A DNA stretch of 64,000 nucleotides from positions 26,583,216 through 26,647,215 of the forward strand of contig NC_069001.1 of NCBI RefSeq assembly GCF_001194135.2, given 5' to 3'. Below the pieces are notes generated by a model. That model searched no databases. It saw only the letters and a list, made by a program, of their open reading frames with translations, and was not told the origin of the DNA. This document shows positions 52,555-64,000 of the stretch, in pieces. The translations under genes and the position numbers were made by a program. How positions within the stretch are numbered: the first letter of the stretch is position 1; each line of letters begins with the position of its first letter. The DNA is from Octopus bimaculoides. Lineage: Eukaryota.

Positions 52555-52735
52555 AAGGCAGAATCGTTAAAGTGACAGACAAGGTCCTTTGAGGTATTTC
52601 TCCTTGAATTCAAATTCCGGCTAGTTCAATTTTACTTTAAGAGATTCTGCAAAGTAAAGTACCAGTCAAAAACTGGGGTCAATGTAACAGACTGACAATC
52701 CTGCTAAAATGTTTGGCCTTATGCCAAAAATCCAT
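52555..52735 (+). mobile_element. Degenerate SINE B with alternative tail
   Basis: ggcagaatcgtta...ttgaattcaaattccggctag...aagtaccagtcaaaaactggggtcaatgtaa...ggccttatgccaaaa. Confidence 0.65.
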
Positions 52736-54329
52736 GTTTGTGAGTGTAGATATGTATGTATGTAATTATGTATGTATGTAATTATGTATGTAGGTATGTA
52801 TGTATATGCATGGTTATATGCATTGGTATTTTTATACGTACAAATTGGCATTATGCGGAAGAAATAATTCTCTATTGTCGTTAACGAGGAATCTTCTCTT
52901 TAACGCTCTACGTATATTGATCTTCATAAATTTAGCGAATTGTTATTTGGCCGATTTGTATCAACATCACATATTCTTACAGGAAATACATTGTTCTTAA
53001 TGTATATAAATTTTGAGAAGGATTTAAACAGAATACTTCTTTCGTAGTAACGTTTATTTTTCTGCTGTGCAAATTCTCTTTTGGTGTTTGTTGCCACATC
53101 AAAGAACTTAAGATCGAAAAAATAGATTGGTGATAAGTTTTCATTACGGCAATACGTATTTCTTTATCATCTATTCAACGCAGTTTTATTTGAAGTCAAG
53201 TTCACATTTCGTTACATTACCCAGTAGGTGTTCGTTTGTAGAAATGCAGAAAGCAGAAGCCCGCACAGATACAAACAGAAACGGAGAAAATGTTTACGTT
53301 CAGCGTCGGAAAGAAAGAAAAGACAAACATATGCTGTGAAAAGTCATATGAATCTTTCTGAGATTTTTATAAAGAGTTTCTTGTGTTATATTCTAAGAGG
53401 GCAAGAGAAATAAGACTTCGTGTAATATCGCTAACATTTTATTATTTTCTAACAGTACCTTAGAATTTAAATGTTACGTAAGAAACTATATATCCACATA
53501 CATTAAACGATACAAATACAATCCATCGTGTTTATGTACGTTCAAATGATCGTAATAATACACTCAGTAATTGTGAGTAGCAGCGGTTTTATCAGAATCG
53601 ATGGAAGAATTGGAATCTGCTGCTTATATAGAATCCTCGTTGTCTCGTTTATATATCCAGACGTATAAGTGCATTGAAATATCTACATATAAGACTGGCT
53701 AATATACAAGATTAACGTGTTTCCAAATTAATAGAGCAATAAATATTTAGTGGGGATTCTTTCGCAAGCGGAAAACAGAGAAAACCATTTTCAATTCTTC
53801 CATTTATTGTCAAAGACCATAGTGCCAATAACTGGAATCACATTAACCTGTAATATACACCATATATATCAGAAAAAAAAAATATATATATGTTCTTCCG
53901 ATTCATTTCAAAAAGCTCAATTTTATGTTGCTAATTAAAAAAAAAAATTATAAGTATCGAAACGTATTTTGCCTGTGGGTATTATATTTCACGTTGTCAT
54001 TATTGTTTTCATATTGCATATTAGTAATGTAACACTTGCTCAAACACTGCAGCACTAGTTCCCCTGGACTGTTTCCCTGTAATTATGTTATATTAAATAA
54101 CAAAAACACAGAGAGGGAAAAAAAAATTACATACTAACAGCAAATTAGTCGCAAATGATGGTAATTCTATGGTCTGACTTAACGTAAAATAGTTGAACAA
54201 ACCTGTAATAAATTAATCGATAATAAAGTATTCACTAATAACAGGAATTATTTGTTATATAAAACAACGTCAAAAGTAATCTCAATTAAATTGTTAATTA
54301 GTTAACATATCATTCTCCTTTTCCAAATT

Positions 54330-54421
54330 TCATCTCCGCCCCCATAGTCAGCAACACCACCACCACCACCATCACCGCCACCGCTTTTAGAATCTCCTTT
54401 TCTTATCACTTCCCCTCATTG

Positions 54422-54473
<52 letters not shown>

Positions 54474-56010
54474 CATCATTACATTCATTTTTTTTCTTTT
54501 CAGTCATAATCTTCGACATCGTGGGCAAAAAAATCGATCGTCATCGGTACCTAATTCATCATTATTGCGACCCTCCGCATCATCATCCTCTTCCTCATCA
54601 TCATCATCATCATCATCACCGTTGCTACCTTCACCATTACCACCACCATCATCATCATCATCATTATCATCTTCATCAACATAAACGTCATGACCACCAC
54701 CACCACCACCACCACAATCAACATCGTCATCATTTACTTCATTAGACTCAACATCACCAATCATCATCATCATCAGCAGCAGCAGCAGCAGCACTTAGTC
54801 ATAAACTTCATCTTAGTGGAGGGATATTGTCTGACATTGAGATCTTCTTTCTCCTCGTCCTCTTTCTCCTTATCATCATCATCATCATCGTCATCATCAC
54901 CATCAACATCACCATCATCAACATCATCATCATTATCATCATCAACATCATCATCATTATCATCAGCAGACGCATCAGCAGCACTATCACAGCCATTACT
55001 TTACATCTTATTCAAGAGATATTTTCTGACATGAACATTCTCTTTCTCTTCATCGTCGTCTTCCTCCTCCTTATCATCATCATCATCATCATCATAATCA
55101 TCATCATCATCATCGCCGTTGTCTTCATTATCTTCATCCTCATTATCATCCTCGCCATCGTAATCACCATGACTAATACAACCGTCTTCATCATCATCAT
55201 CGTTTTTATAAGCATCACCATCAACATCACCAGCATCATCAACATCGTCACCCTCGATATCATCATCATCATCAGCAGTCAATGCCTTCCTCCCCCTCCT
55301 CCTCCCCCCTTATCATCATCATCTTCATCGTGAAGCCTCAGCAAGTAATGGAATTAGATAAACTAGAAGAAGAAAAATGAATCGTTATAAATATCGTCAT
55401 CGTCTTCATCATGTCATGTACAGTGAAAGATGCGGCTTCGTCGCCATCGGCGTTTTCTTCGTCATAAACATTATACTTACGTGTAACAATAATGACATAG
55501 AAAATAAAAGCAGAATCGGTCTCCATCATCATCATCATCATCATCATCATTATTGTAACCACATACGTCATGGTTATCAAATATCAGCAGCGTTCTATAA
55601 CAGCAGCGACGAATATTTTTCGCCTATTTATTACACGTCATAATCATCATCATCGTCTTAATCATCTTTATAGGCATAGTCGTGATCCACGTCGTCGTGG
55701 CCGTCATCATCATTATCTTTTGTAAACATCACCATCATCACCATCAACACCATTTTCCGTAAACTTCGTACGTTTTTTATATAATTCGATCTTTGTTTCT
55801 TCTTAATGTTTTTCTCCCCCGAGTTTCACCCCCTACACATTCTGTAGAATGCCTTTCTGAAGTCCTCTAAAACAGGCCCTTGTTGGCAAATAAAAAAGAA
55901 ATCTTCAGCCTCAACAATATCCATGCCATCACTGACATCGCCACCATCATCATCATCATCATCACCACCCATCATCACATTTATCACTTTCATCATCATC
56001 ATTATTTTTA
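54330..56010. repeat. Long degenerate (CAT/ATC/CAC)n-rich low-complexity tract
   Basis: About 1.7 kb of interrupted trinucleotide repeats with constant strand polarity; source of the His-, Ile-, Asp- and Met-rich ORFs. Confidence 0.9.
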
Positions 56011-56329
56011 TGTTCGCTTTAAAGTATATATATATATANNNNNNNNNNNNNNNNNNNNNNNNNNNNNNNNNNNNNNNNNNNNNNNNNNNNNNNNNNNNNN
56101 NNNNNNNNNNNNNNNNNNNNNNNNNNNNNNNNNNNNNNNNNNNNNNNNNNNNNNNNNNNNNNNNNNNNNNNNNNNNNNNNNNNNNNNNNNNNNNNNNNNN
56201 NNNNNNNNNNNNNNNNNNNNNNNNNNNNNNNNNNNNNNNNNNNNNNNNNNNNNNNNNNNNNNNNNNNNNNNNNNNNNNNNNNNNNNNNNNNNNNNNNNAA
56301 ATCTTGTTTATAATACGCACCCCTTCTCT

Positions 56330-56485
56330 AACTTGGGTCAAAGAGGTCCATATAACATCCTTGGTTTGCAAACTTGAGTCAAGGAGATCTATATAACATC
56401 CTTGGTTTGCAAACTTGAGTCAAGGAGTTTTATATAACGTCCTTGGTTTATAAAACTGAGTCAAGGAGATCTATGTAACGTCCTT
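56330..56485. repeat. 41-bp tandem repeat, ~3.3 good copies plus a degenerate upstream half copy
   Basis: atataacatccttggtttgcaaacttgagtcaaggagatct at 56350, 56391, 56432 and partial at 56473; no spacers. Confidence 0.9.
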
Positions 56486-56899
56486 TATTATTATTGTATA
56501 TATAACATAATGCAAATGTGTAGCTTTTTTGTGCACTTTGTTTGCAGAAAATAAAGAAATAACAGTAATAACGTCAGTAAAAAATAAATATTAAGTAAAT
56601 TGACTTTACATATCTATCACTATCAGTTACAAGCCCGGCATCACAAAATGCATCTGAATAAACATTGACGGACAGCAAATAGAGACTCGGACATTGCTTA
56701 GAAAATATTTTTCATTTTTAACCTCGTATACAGTACGCACTAGGGATTGTGACCTTTAAATTTCGGGGAAAAATATGCGGATTTACGGTATATAATTTGC
56801 AGTTGTTGGGTTACATCCAGCTAACGTGAATGAGCTGCAATGTAAATAAGCCATTCAAAATGCACTCTATAAGAGCGTAGATTTGGAATTATTGTTATC

Positions 56900-56930
<31 letters not shown>

Positions 56931-57177
56931 ACAACAAAACTACAAGAAATAAATAATGACGATGTCATCGTCATGCTTTTTGTTTTGACACACATTCGTT
57001 ACTTGATATTTACTTAAGAGATGACAATGACTAACTAGTTATAGCTTGTTAGTTGCGTAGCTAGTTAGACATCTTTCAGCTTTTTTTTTCTTTTACAGCG
57101 GAAGATATACAATACACACACGCATATAGTATAAAATAATATATGTATATATTTACATGATATAATATATAAATATT

Positions 57178-57210
<33 letters not shown>

Positions 57211-57242
57211 NNNNNNNNNNATCCAAAACACTATACATGCGT

Positions 57243-57293
<51 letters not shown>

Positions 57294-57827
57294 GACCTGT
57301 GCGTGTATCGCTATAGATACGCACGCATACACGCGCAGGTGAAGTTAACATCTAACTAACATCATATAGTGAAGAAACGTCGAGAATAATTGGCAGATAA
57401 CGTCGTCTTTGTTTTTCTTAGTAATATTTTTCTCTGCTCTTTGTTTCATTTTTGCATACATCTCGTCCCCCACCATCTTCGTATCTCTTACATTTATTCT
57501 TTCTCTAATTTCTTCGCTCTTTTTCATTCTTTCTTTTTTCTTTTTTCTTTTTTTTTGCATCGCTGTTTTTCAATATTTTTCTCCTGTATTTGCGGTACCA
57601 TCTCAGATTACATCTTCTTGTAATATATGTCGTATCACAATCTGCTCATTTTATCTTTTTACGTAATCGTTTTTACTTCTTACAATTAGATTAACTAATC
57701 ATTAAAATACTCAAGTAACGTTTTTTGTTTCATCCTTTTTTCTTTTCAACGCACTGAATTATTGAACAGAAGGAAACATTTGTGCACTTTTGCGTATACT
57801 CTGCGTATATTTATATATAAATGACTG

Positions 57828-57884
57828 TGATGCTCCAGCATTGCCGCTGTCACATGACTAAAACAAGTAAAAAAAAATAAAAGA

Positions 57885-57885
<1 letters not shown>
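57828..57885 (+). mobile_element. SINE A 3' terminal fragment
   Basis: gtgatgctccagcattgccgctgtcacatgactaaaacaagtaaaa. Confidence 0.7.
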
Positions 57886-57925
<40 letters not shown>

Positions 57926-58007
57926 ACATATATAATATATATTATATACATGTATATAGTGAATACAATTGTATCCACACACACACACACCCATATATAT
58001 ATATATA

Positions 58008-58902
58008 TTGGGTCATCTCAATAACAATCTGTTTTTTTCAATTTTATGAACTGATAGTCGGAAGGGGCGGGATAAACTGCCTGCATCAACTTGATATAGA
58101 ATCAGGTAGTATTTGTACTTTGTCCTTATTCTCAGTGCAACTTTTGAAGAGTGCAGTTCTATTTTAAAAGATATTTTTTCAAAACTATAATGTAAGCGAT
58201 GAAGGACAATATTCGCTACATTTTGCTTTATGAGTTCAATGAAGGCGACAACGCAACTGAAAGTGCTACGTATATTAAAGCAGATTATGGGGGTTGGACA
58301 TTAAGCCTAAGCCAGTGTCAATGGTAGCTCCAGAAATTCCGAGCCAGAAACAACAACCTAGAAGATGAGCCACGACCTGGAATATCCATACAGCTCGACG
58401 AGGACGTCCTGAAAGCCCTGGTGGAACAAAATCCCATGGTAACTGTTGAGGAAGTAGCAGAGAAGCTTGGATTTTGTCATTCAACCAGCGCTAGAAGAAA
58501 AGCGACCATCTTTGGTTTTAAGATGAGATATGCTCTTCTAACAGAATAAGGCACTGCCGCATGCACCGATGAGGATACTCCGAAGGCTGGAGCAGTTTTA
58601 ATGAGAAACGATGACCCACCCACTATATTACCCCATCAATTTATCATTTACTCCACAGTTTTCAAAATCATTTGAGAAGAAAAAACTGAATTTTGTAGAC
58701 GAGGTCAGAATAATACTGGTGAGGTATTTTTCTTCACGGACAAGTGCATTTTGGAAGAGGGGCCTTGCAAGTCTACCAGATAGATGGAAAAGCATTATAG
58801 AAAATGGTGGAGGGTATGTCTTAGATTAAAAATGAGCTTTGTTTATCTTAAATCCGGAAAATAAAAGTATAAAAAAACAGCATTTTTCATGCGATGACCC
58901 TA
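58008..58902 (+). mobile_element. Internally deleted mariner DNA transposon with TIRs, inserted in a (TA)n tract
   Basis: Left end ttgggtcatctcaataacaatctgttttttt versus reverse complement of right end tagggtcatcgcatgaaaaatgctgttttttt, with TA on both sides. Transposase remnants lie inside. Confidence 0.92.
58199..58829 (+). pseudogene. Mariner transposase pseudogene (N-terminal HTH and C-terminus kept, central catalytic region deleted)
   Basis: MKDNIRYILLYEFNEGDNATESATYIKADYGGWTLSLSQCQW*LQKFRARNNNLEDEPRPG...VEEVAEKLGFCHST, then a jump to LEEKRPSLV...QNKALPHA...THPLYYP...FWKRGLASLPDRWKSIIENGGGYVLD. These are typical mariner motifs with several stops. Confidence 0.92.
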
Positions 58903-59511
58903 TATATATATATATTAAATATATATTCAAATAATGGAATATATATATACATATACATATTCAAATAATTATGTATACATGCATTCATACATACATCCAT
59001 GAATACCCACGCTAGCATGGATTGACAGACGTTTTATCTTTCCTCTGATCGTTCGGACTTCTTTTAATTACATTACTGAATTATTAAAATGATCAAAATT
59101 TTATTAGTTGTTGCAATCCACTAGTATAAGTATAAGCACGCTCTATTGTGGATGACATGTAAAAAACGAAAGTACGCTTTTAAAACAGCCTTGTTTTTGT
59201 TGAGTATCATATTTCGTTGATGAACTGAAATGTTTCGTCTTGTTTTTTGTTGCGTAACACTGAAATTTTGACTCCTATATTTATCAAGTTTTCTATGAAG
59301 CTTATCGTATGCTTTTGCGCAGTTATTGTATAACTGTAGTGTGGTTTTGGAATCTGATATAGTCTATCAACAAACTAGTATGCCTTGAATATTTTGCAAC
59401 TTTTGTACGAATTCCTCTGACACTCGACACCAGAAACCGGTTGGCACCTTTGTTTCCGACTTGAGAATAGAGTGTCGATGAACTTTCAAAACGATAGACA
59501 GTTACTCTCTC

Positions 59512-59582
<71 letters not shown>

Positions 59583-59603
59583 GAAACACACACACATACT
59601 CAA

Positions 59604-59634
<31 letters not shown>

Positions 59635-59644
59635 TATCTTATAT

Positions 59645-59846
59645 TGGTTTCCACAAGGCCTTCAATTCTGGGTGGTGGGGTAAGTCGATAACATTGACCC
59701 TAGTACTCAACTGGTACTTATTTAACGAACCCAACGGATAAAACTGAAAGTCGCCCTCGGCAGGACTTCGACTCAGACCGTACAGAAGCACGAAATAGCG
59801 CTCAGCATTTTACCCGACGTACTAACGAGTACTCCAGCTCGTCGCC
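59645..59846 (-). mobile_element. SINE B with alternative tail
   Basis: Reverse complement begins ggcgacgagctggagtactcgttagtacgtcgggtaaaatgctgagcgc and contains aataagtaccagttgagtactagggtcaatgttatcgacttacccc. Confidence 0.8.
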
Positions 59847-59874
59847 GGCAACGCATTTTATATTGGACCGCTTT

Positions 59875-59977
59875 GTAAAATAATTAAGCACTGGGCTCAA
59901 TGTAATCGACTTAATCCCTTTATCCATCCTTGTTTGTCCACTCTATGTGTTATCCCACTGTGGGCAATAAAGAAATA
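59875..59977 (+). mobile_element. SINE B 3' fragment (first tail type)
   Basis: gcactgggctcaatgtaatcgacttaatcccttt...ccttgtttgtccactctatg...tgtgggcaataaagaaatag; matches 28595-28690. Confidence 0.85.
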
Positions 59978-60732
59978 GATATTGATGAACCTGAAACAAT
60001 GTCGGAAAACATTTGTGCAAAGTGTTACTCGGTGAGATGATGCTGACAGCAACGATTTTGCAAGCGGCGCTTTCCCACCGTACCGTTATTCAAGGGCTTC
60101 TAAAATTTATATTCTAAAATTTTAATTTCTGTAAGGAAGAAGAAATATGATCACCAGTTGTTGATATTTTTCGGAAGGATTAGATTTTTGCACTTGAAAT
60201 GATTTCCATTGTTAATTGAAACTGCATCGAAGCCTCAGGTGATTACCAGTTTAATGCAACTTAATGCTACGTTCCATGTCATATGACATAATGTGCCCCT
60301 TTAAAATGTGCGTATGTACTTGTAAACACTCATAAATATTACATATTTTATGCACGAGTGTGATTCGGGCGTATGTATGTATGTGTATAGTCTACTGTTT
60401 AGTTCCTTGTGTGCTTAACATAATAAAATAAAACAGATATACTCAACCGAGTGAGATATCAATATAATTTAATGCAAACAGACTTTAGATGTGAGCTACT
60501 TCAAGTTTCATGTTCAGATATTATAGTAATCGGTGTTGTTTTTATAGTGTACGAAGCACGGTTCTACTCTCATTCAGGCATTATTGATATGGCAACTCAA
60601 TGAGAAGAAGCGAGAAATTAGGTAAATAAAAGCAAAATAATGTTAGAAAAGAAATAGTTTCTAAAGGTTCTAAGAGTTTTGTCCCTAAGAACTAACTACT
60701 ATAAACGTAGTCGAATGCAGAAATGTGTGTGC

Positions 60733-60908
60733 GTGTGTGCGCGAGTGCGTGTGTGCGCGAGTGCGTGTGTGCGCGAGTGCGTGTGTGCGCGAGTGCGTGT
60801 GTGCGCGAGTGCGTGTGTGCGCGAGTGCGTGTGTGCGCGAGTGCGTGTGTGCGCGAGTGCGTGTGTGCGCGAGTGCGTGTGTGCGCGAGTGCGTGTGTGC
60901 GCGAGTGC
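60733..60908. repeat. Perfect 16-bp minisatellite (gtgtgtgcgcgagtgc) x11
   Basis: 176 bp of identical units immediately upstream of a SINE A 3' half. Confidence 0.95.
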
Positions 60909-60939
60909 GTGTCGGTGTATATATGTATGTATGTATATG

Positions 60940-61145
60940 TTTGGGCGTCTGTGTTTGTCCCTCCACCATCGGTTGACAACCGATATCGGTGTACTTACGT
61001 TCCCGTAAGTTAGCGATTCGGCAAAAGAGATCGATAGTATAAGTACTAGGCTTACAAAGAATAAGCCCTGGGTTACATTTGGTCGAAGAAAGGCGGTACT
61101 CCAGCATGGCTGCAGTAAAATGACTGAAACAAGTAAAAGAATAAG
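60940..61145 (+). mobile_element. SINE A 3' half
   Basis: gtctgtgtttgtccctccaccatcggttgacaaccgat...aagtactaggcttacaaagaataag...ccagcatggctgcagtaaaatgactgaaacaagtaaaaga. Confidence 0.9.
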
Positions 61146-62059
61146 AGTGAAAGAATATATTTATAGAGATAGATAGACAGGCAGACAGGTAGGTAGGTAG
61201 ATAGATAAATAGATAGATAGACAGATAGGGATAGATGTACGAAATGTGTGACATATTACAATGTCGATATACAGTGAATCAAGCGAGCTTTTAGTAATAT
61301 TGTGTCTCTTATTCACCACAATTGCCGTTAAAGAGTAACAGATGCATTTGTGTTTGAATACGGAATTGTGTACGAGGTGTCTCTTGTACTATAATTGGCG
61401 GTACAATTTGTTAATCTCGTTTGCTTGGCATTTGACGGATGTACGGAGTCATTGCAAGAGAATCGTAATTATAATGTGATTTACAAGCCTCCTTGCTGTA
61501 AAGAAATGAATTAAACGCACTATTCCGTGTTGTTGATTTTATAGCATTGCCTGTCTAAGACATTCTCTTTAAAGATGACCCCTGTCACATTAAAGTTTCG
61601 TCTATCTTTGAAAATGTTATTGATAGAAATGTAGGTCTGACGGAGTGAGAGATGTTTAGAAATACATTGAGTGATTGGGACGGATAGATATAAAGTGTAA
61701 GAGAGTGTCAGTCAAATGAAGAGAGAGGGAGAGACAGAGAAAGAAAAGTTAATGTCAATTGAGACAGACAGAGATTAACAGTTAATAGTTTCGCTGATTC
61801 TTAGTATGTAGATGTGTAGGTATTTAGTTTTTGCATGCGAAATTGTATGTGTGTCTGTGTATGAGTGAGTGAGTGTGTGTGAGAGAGAGAGAGAGAGTGA
61901 GTGTGTGTTTCCAGTGTCGCTCGAGATGAGTACTTTAATATGATAATTATAATAATTATTATTATAATTGATATTATATTCATCGCCATTATCATGTCTT
62001 TGGTTTTTAATACTATCGAGGTGTTCACTTTTATTATTAGTACTACTATTGCAGCAACT

Positions 62060-62990
62060 TGGCAGATTCGTTAGCACGCAGGACAAAATATTTAATGTCC
62101 ATCTTTACGTTCAAATTCTGCCATGGTTCACTACCTTTCATTCTTTTGGGGTCGATAAATAAGTAACAGTTTAGCGGTTTGATCGATTTAATCGACTTAG
62201 CTTTTCGCCGAAAATTGTTGAACTTGTGCGAAAATTTGAAACAATTATTGTTTAAAACCTTGAATTCAAATCCTGCCGAGTTCGACTTTCCTTTTCATCC
62301 TTTCGTGGTCGATAAAATAATTGCCAGTTCAGAACTTGAATCGCTGTAATGAACTTTCCTCCTCCTGTACATAAACGTACAAAACACGTATTCAAGCTTA
62401 CCCACTCATAGTTTATATGTTATTTTCCTCGTAGCTATCGTTGTACTGCAGCCATAATAGTGCTGCAGCATACCTTAGTTTCTTAACTCGAATACCCACG
62501 AATTCAACTTCGCCTTTCATGATTTCATAATCGATAAAACATAGTACCAATCAAGTACTAGAGTGATCGTCTTCCCTAAAATGGCGTTGTACCAAATTAA
62601 AGCCGACGATGTGTTTTGGCAGACTCTTTGGAACATCGCATAAAATAACATGTTTTTATGTATTCCGGTTTTTCAAACTCTGAATTCAGAACCTGCCAAT
62701 GTCAACTTTGCTTTTCTTTCTTCCTCTGTCAAATAAAATGAAGTAAGACTCAAATACTAGTTTCAATTTAATCGGCTATCATTATTCACCTCCCGCATAC
62801 GTACATATTCATTATCTTGTACTTGTGTTAGAAAACAAATATTTCTGTTAAGATCGTAAAGTGCCAACGTTTTCACAGTATCAAATAGAATTTCTTCTCG
62901 TGTATCTTACTTCATTCTGTTCGCTGAGATCAAATGTTTCCGAGGTCAATTTTTCCATTACACCATTCCGTATTCGAGAAAATTAACATC
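62060..62990 (+). mobile_element. Cluster of about five degenerate SINE B fragments in the same orientation
   Basis: B-core remnants (ttcaaat.ctgcc.ag.tc.acttt.cctttcat.ctt...gtcgataaa) start near 62060, 62258, 62490, 62615 and 62920. Confidence 0.7.
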
Positions 62991-62999
62991 AAATACAGG

Positions 63000-63620
63000 T
63001 GGGAAGAATCAATTGTTTGTTTCTTCTGTCTTTCGGAATTTGCTGCGAGGCGTGTTCGTTGTTCTTGCTTATTAGGAGCATCGAAAACCTGTTTTGTCCC
63101 CAAACATTTAGGACAGCCACTTGCAAATTAAAATGCAGGTATAGACGTGTATTTACCATTTCATTTGTGTTCGTATAACACGTTGTTTCTCTTGAAGTTG
63201 TCGTTTTGTTGTTTAAACTCAGAGGAGTTTTAAAGGAATCGATGTAGGAGAAATAACATTGCAACGACGACTGTGCCTTATTTCCCTTGAAAATTTCGAT
63301 ATCAAGAATTGAAATTTCAAATATATCTTTCGTTTTCAACACGCTACTTTGTATATTTAGTGATGTTTGACTATTATTTCTAGCTGATTGAACAAAGTGG
63401 TAAACGCTCTCTTCCGACACAGTAATACCGTTGATGTCACGTATTGAAGCATACCCATTTCAGGACGTTATTTCCATGCAAACGCACTTAAACAGACACA
63501 CACACACTCTTATATCTTGACACATATCGGTTTCTCTCTACGGGAATCCGATTTTTGGAATATATGTCCGACATGATTCGGTGTTCGAAACACGGGCACG
63601 CATATGCATACATGAACACG
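63000..63620 (-). mobile_element. Decayed Penelope-like retroelement reverse transcriptase fragment
   Basis: Minus-strand translations give AYACPCFEHRIM (YAN.FM..FE-like), IRDINGITVSEESVYHFV (YIDDIFGI...EE.L..F-like), EISILDIEIFKGNK (I.FLD..I.K) and NTRLYLHF. These occur in the order expected for the Penelope RT and thumb; the YxDD motif is damaged. Confidence 0.55.
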
Positions 63621-63679
63621 TTCATACAACCGCTCCGATACGCACCCACGCACTCAGATACATGCAACAATACTCACAC

Positions 63680-63720
<41 letters not shown>

Positions 63721-63953
63721 CCTTGTGTTTTTTTTATTTCTCTGGTGACTATCGCTGCACAACAGCTGGAATAGGGCAGCAACATTTTTTTCAAGATACG
63801 GATCTATGGATCCAATCATTTATCGGATCGCTGACTCACACTTCCATGTAAAAAGATGCAACTCAGCTTCCTGGTAGACATTGACTCACTGACACACGCA
63901 CAACTATCTATCTAGCTGCCTGCATGACTATCATATATATGTATATATATATA

Positions 63954-64000
<47 letters not shown>

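Noticed and set aside
56330-56485. 41-bp repeats as a CRISPR array
   Set aside because: Units are contiguous with no unique spacers, no cas genes are present, and the context is eukaryotic.
2817-57286. Long ORFs in the supplied track containing X runs or YI/HT/CV/SIYL repeats
   Set aside because: Artefacts of N-gaps and di- or tetranucleotide microsatellites; no coding signal.

Overview
Eukaryotic, very AT-rich, microsatellite- and retroposon-dense draft-assembly sequence. The SINE families and (TA)n/(CA)n/(CAT)n density resemble an octopus (coleoid cephalopod) genome; this is recognition from memory, not a database result. Twelve N-gaps (2846-3333, 5896-6080, 11326-11645, 15726-16317, 21010-21146, 25499-25671, 31093-31840, 40875-40886, 42147-42742, 47098-47675, 56039-56298, 57211-57220), nearly all flanked by dinucleotide tracts, generate most long entries in the ORF track. 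I found no intact recognisable protein-coding gene, tRNA, rRNA or CRISPR array. Supported content: many copies of three SINE families (called A, B and C here), an internally deleted mariner with TIRs and TA target duplication (58008-58902), a decayed Penelope-like RT fragment, weaker LINE endonuclease relics, and several mini- and microsatellites. The most interesting signals are at the pre-mRNA level and suggest the window lies in very long intron(s) of a plus-strand gene. They are a recursive-splice-site architecture at 44328/44329 (branch-like TGAC, polypyrimidine tract, CAG|GTAAGT, two downstream donors), nearby candidate microexons, and a local inverted duplication (35168-35583 vs 36237-36712) that could fold into a long dsRNA hairpin.
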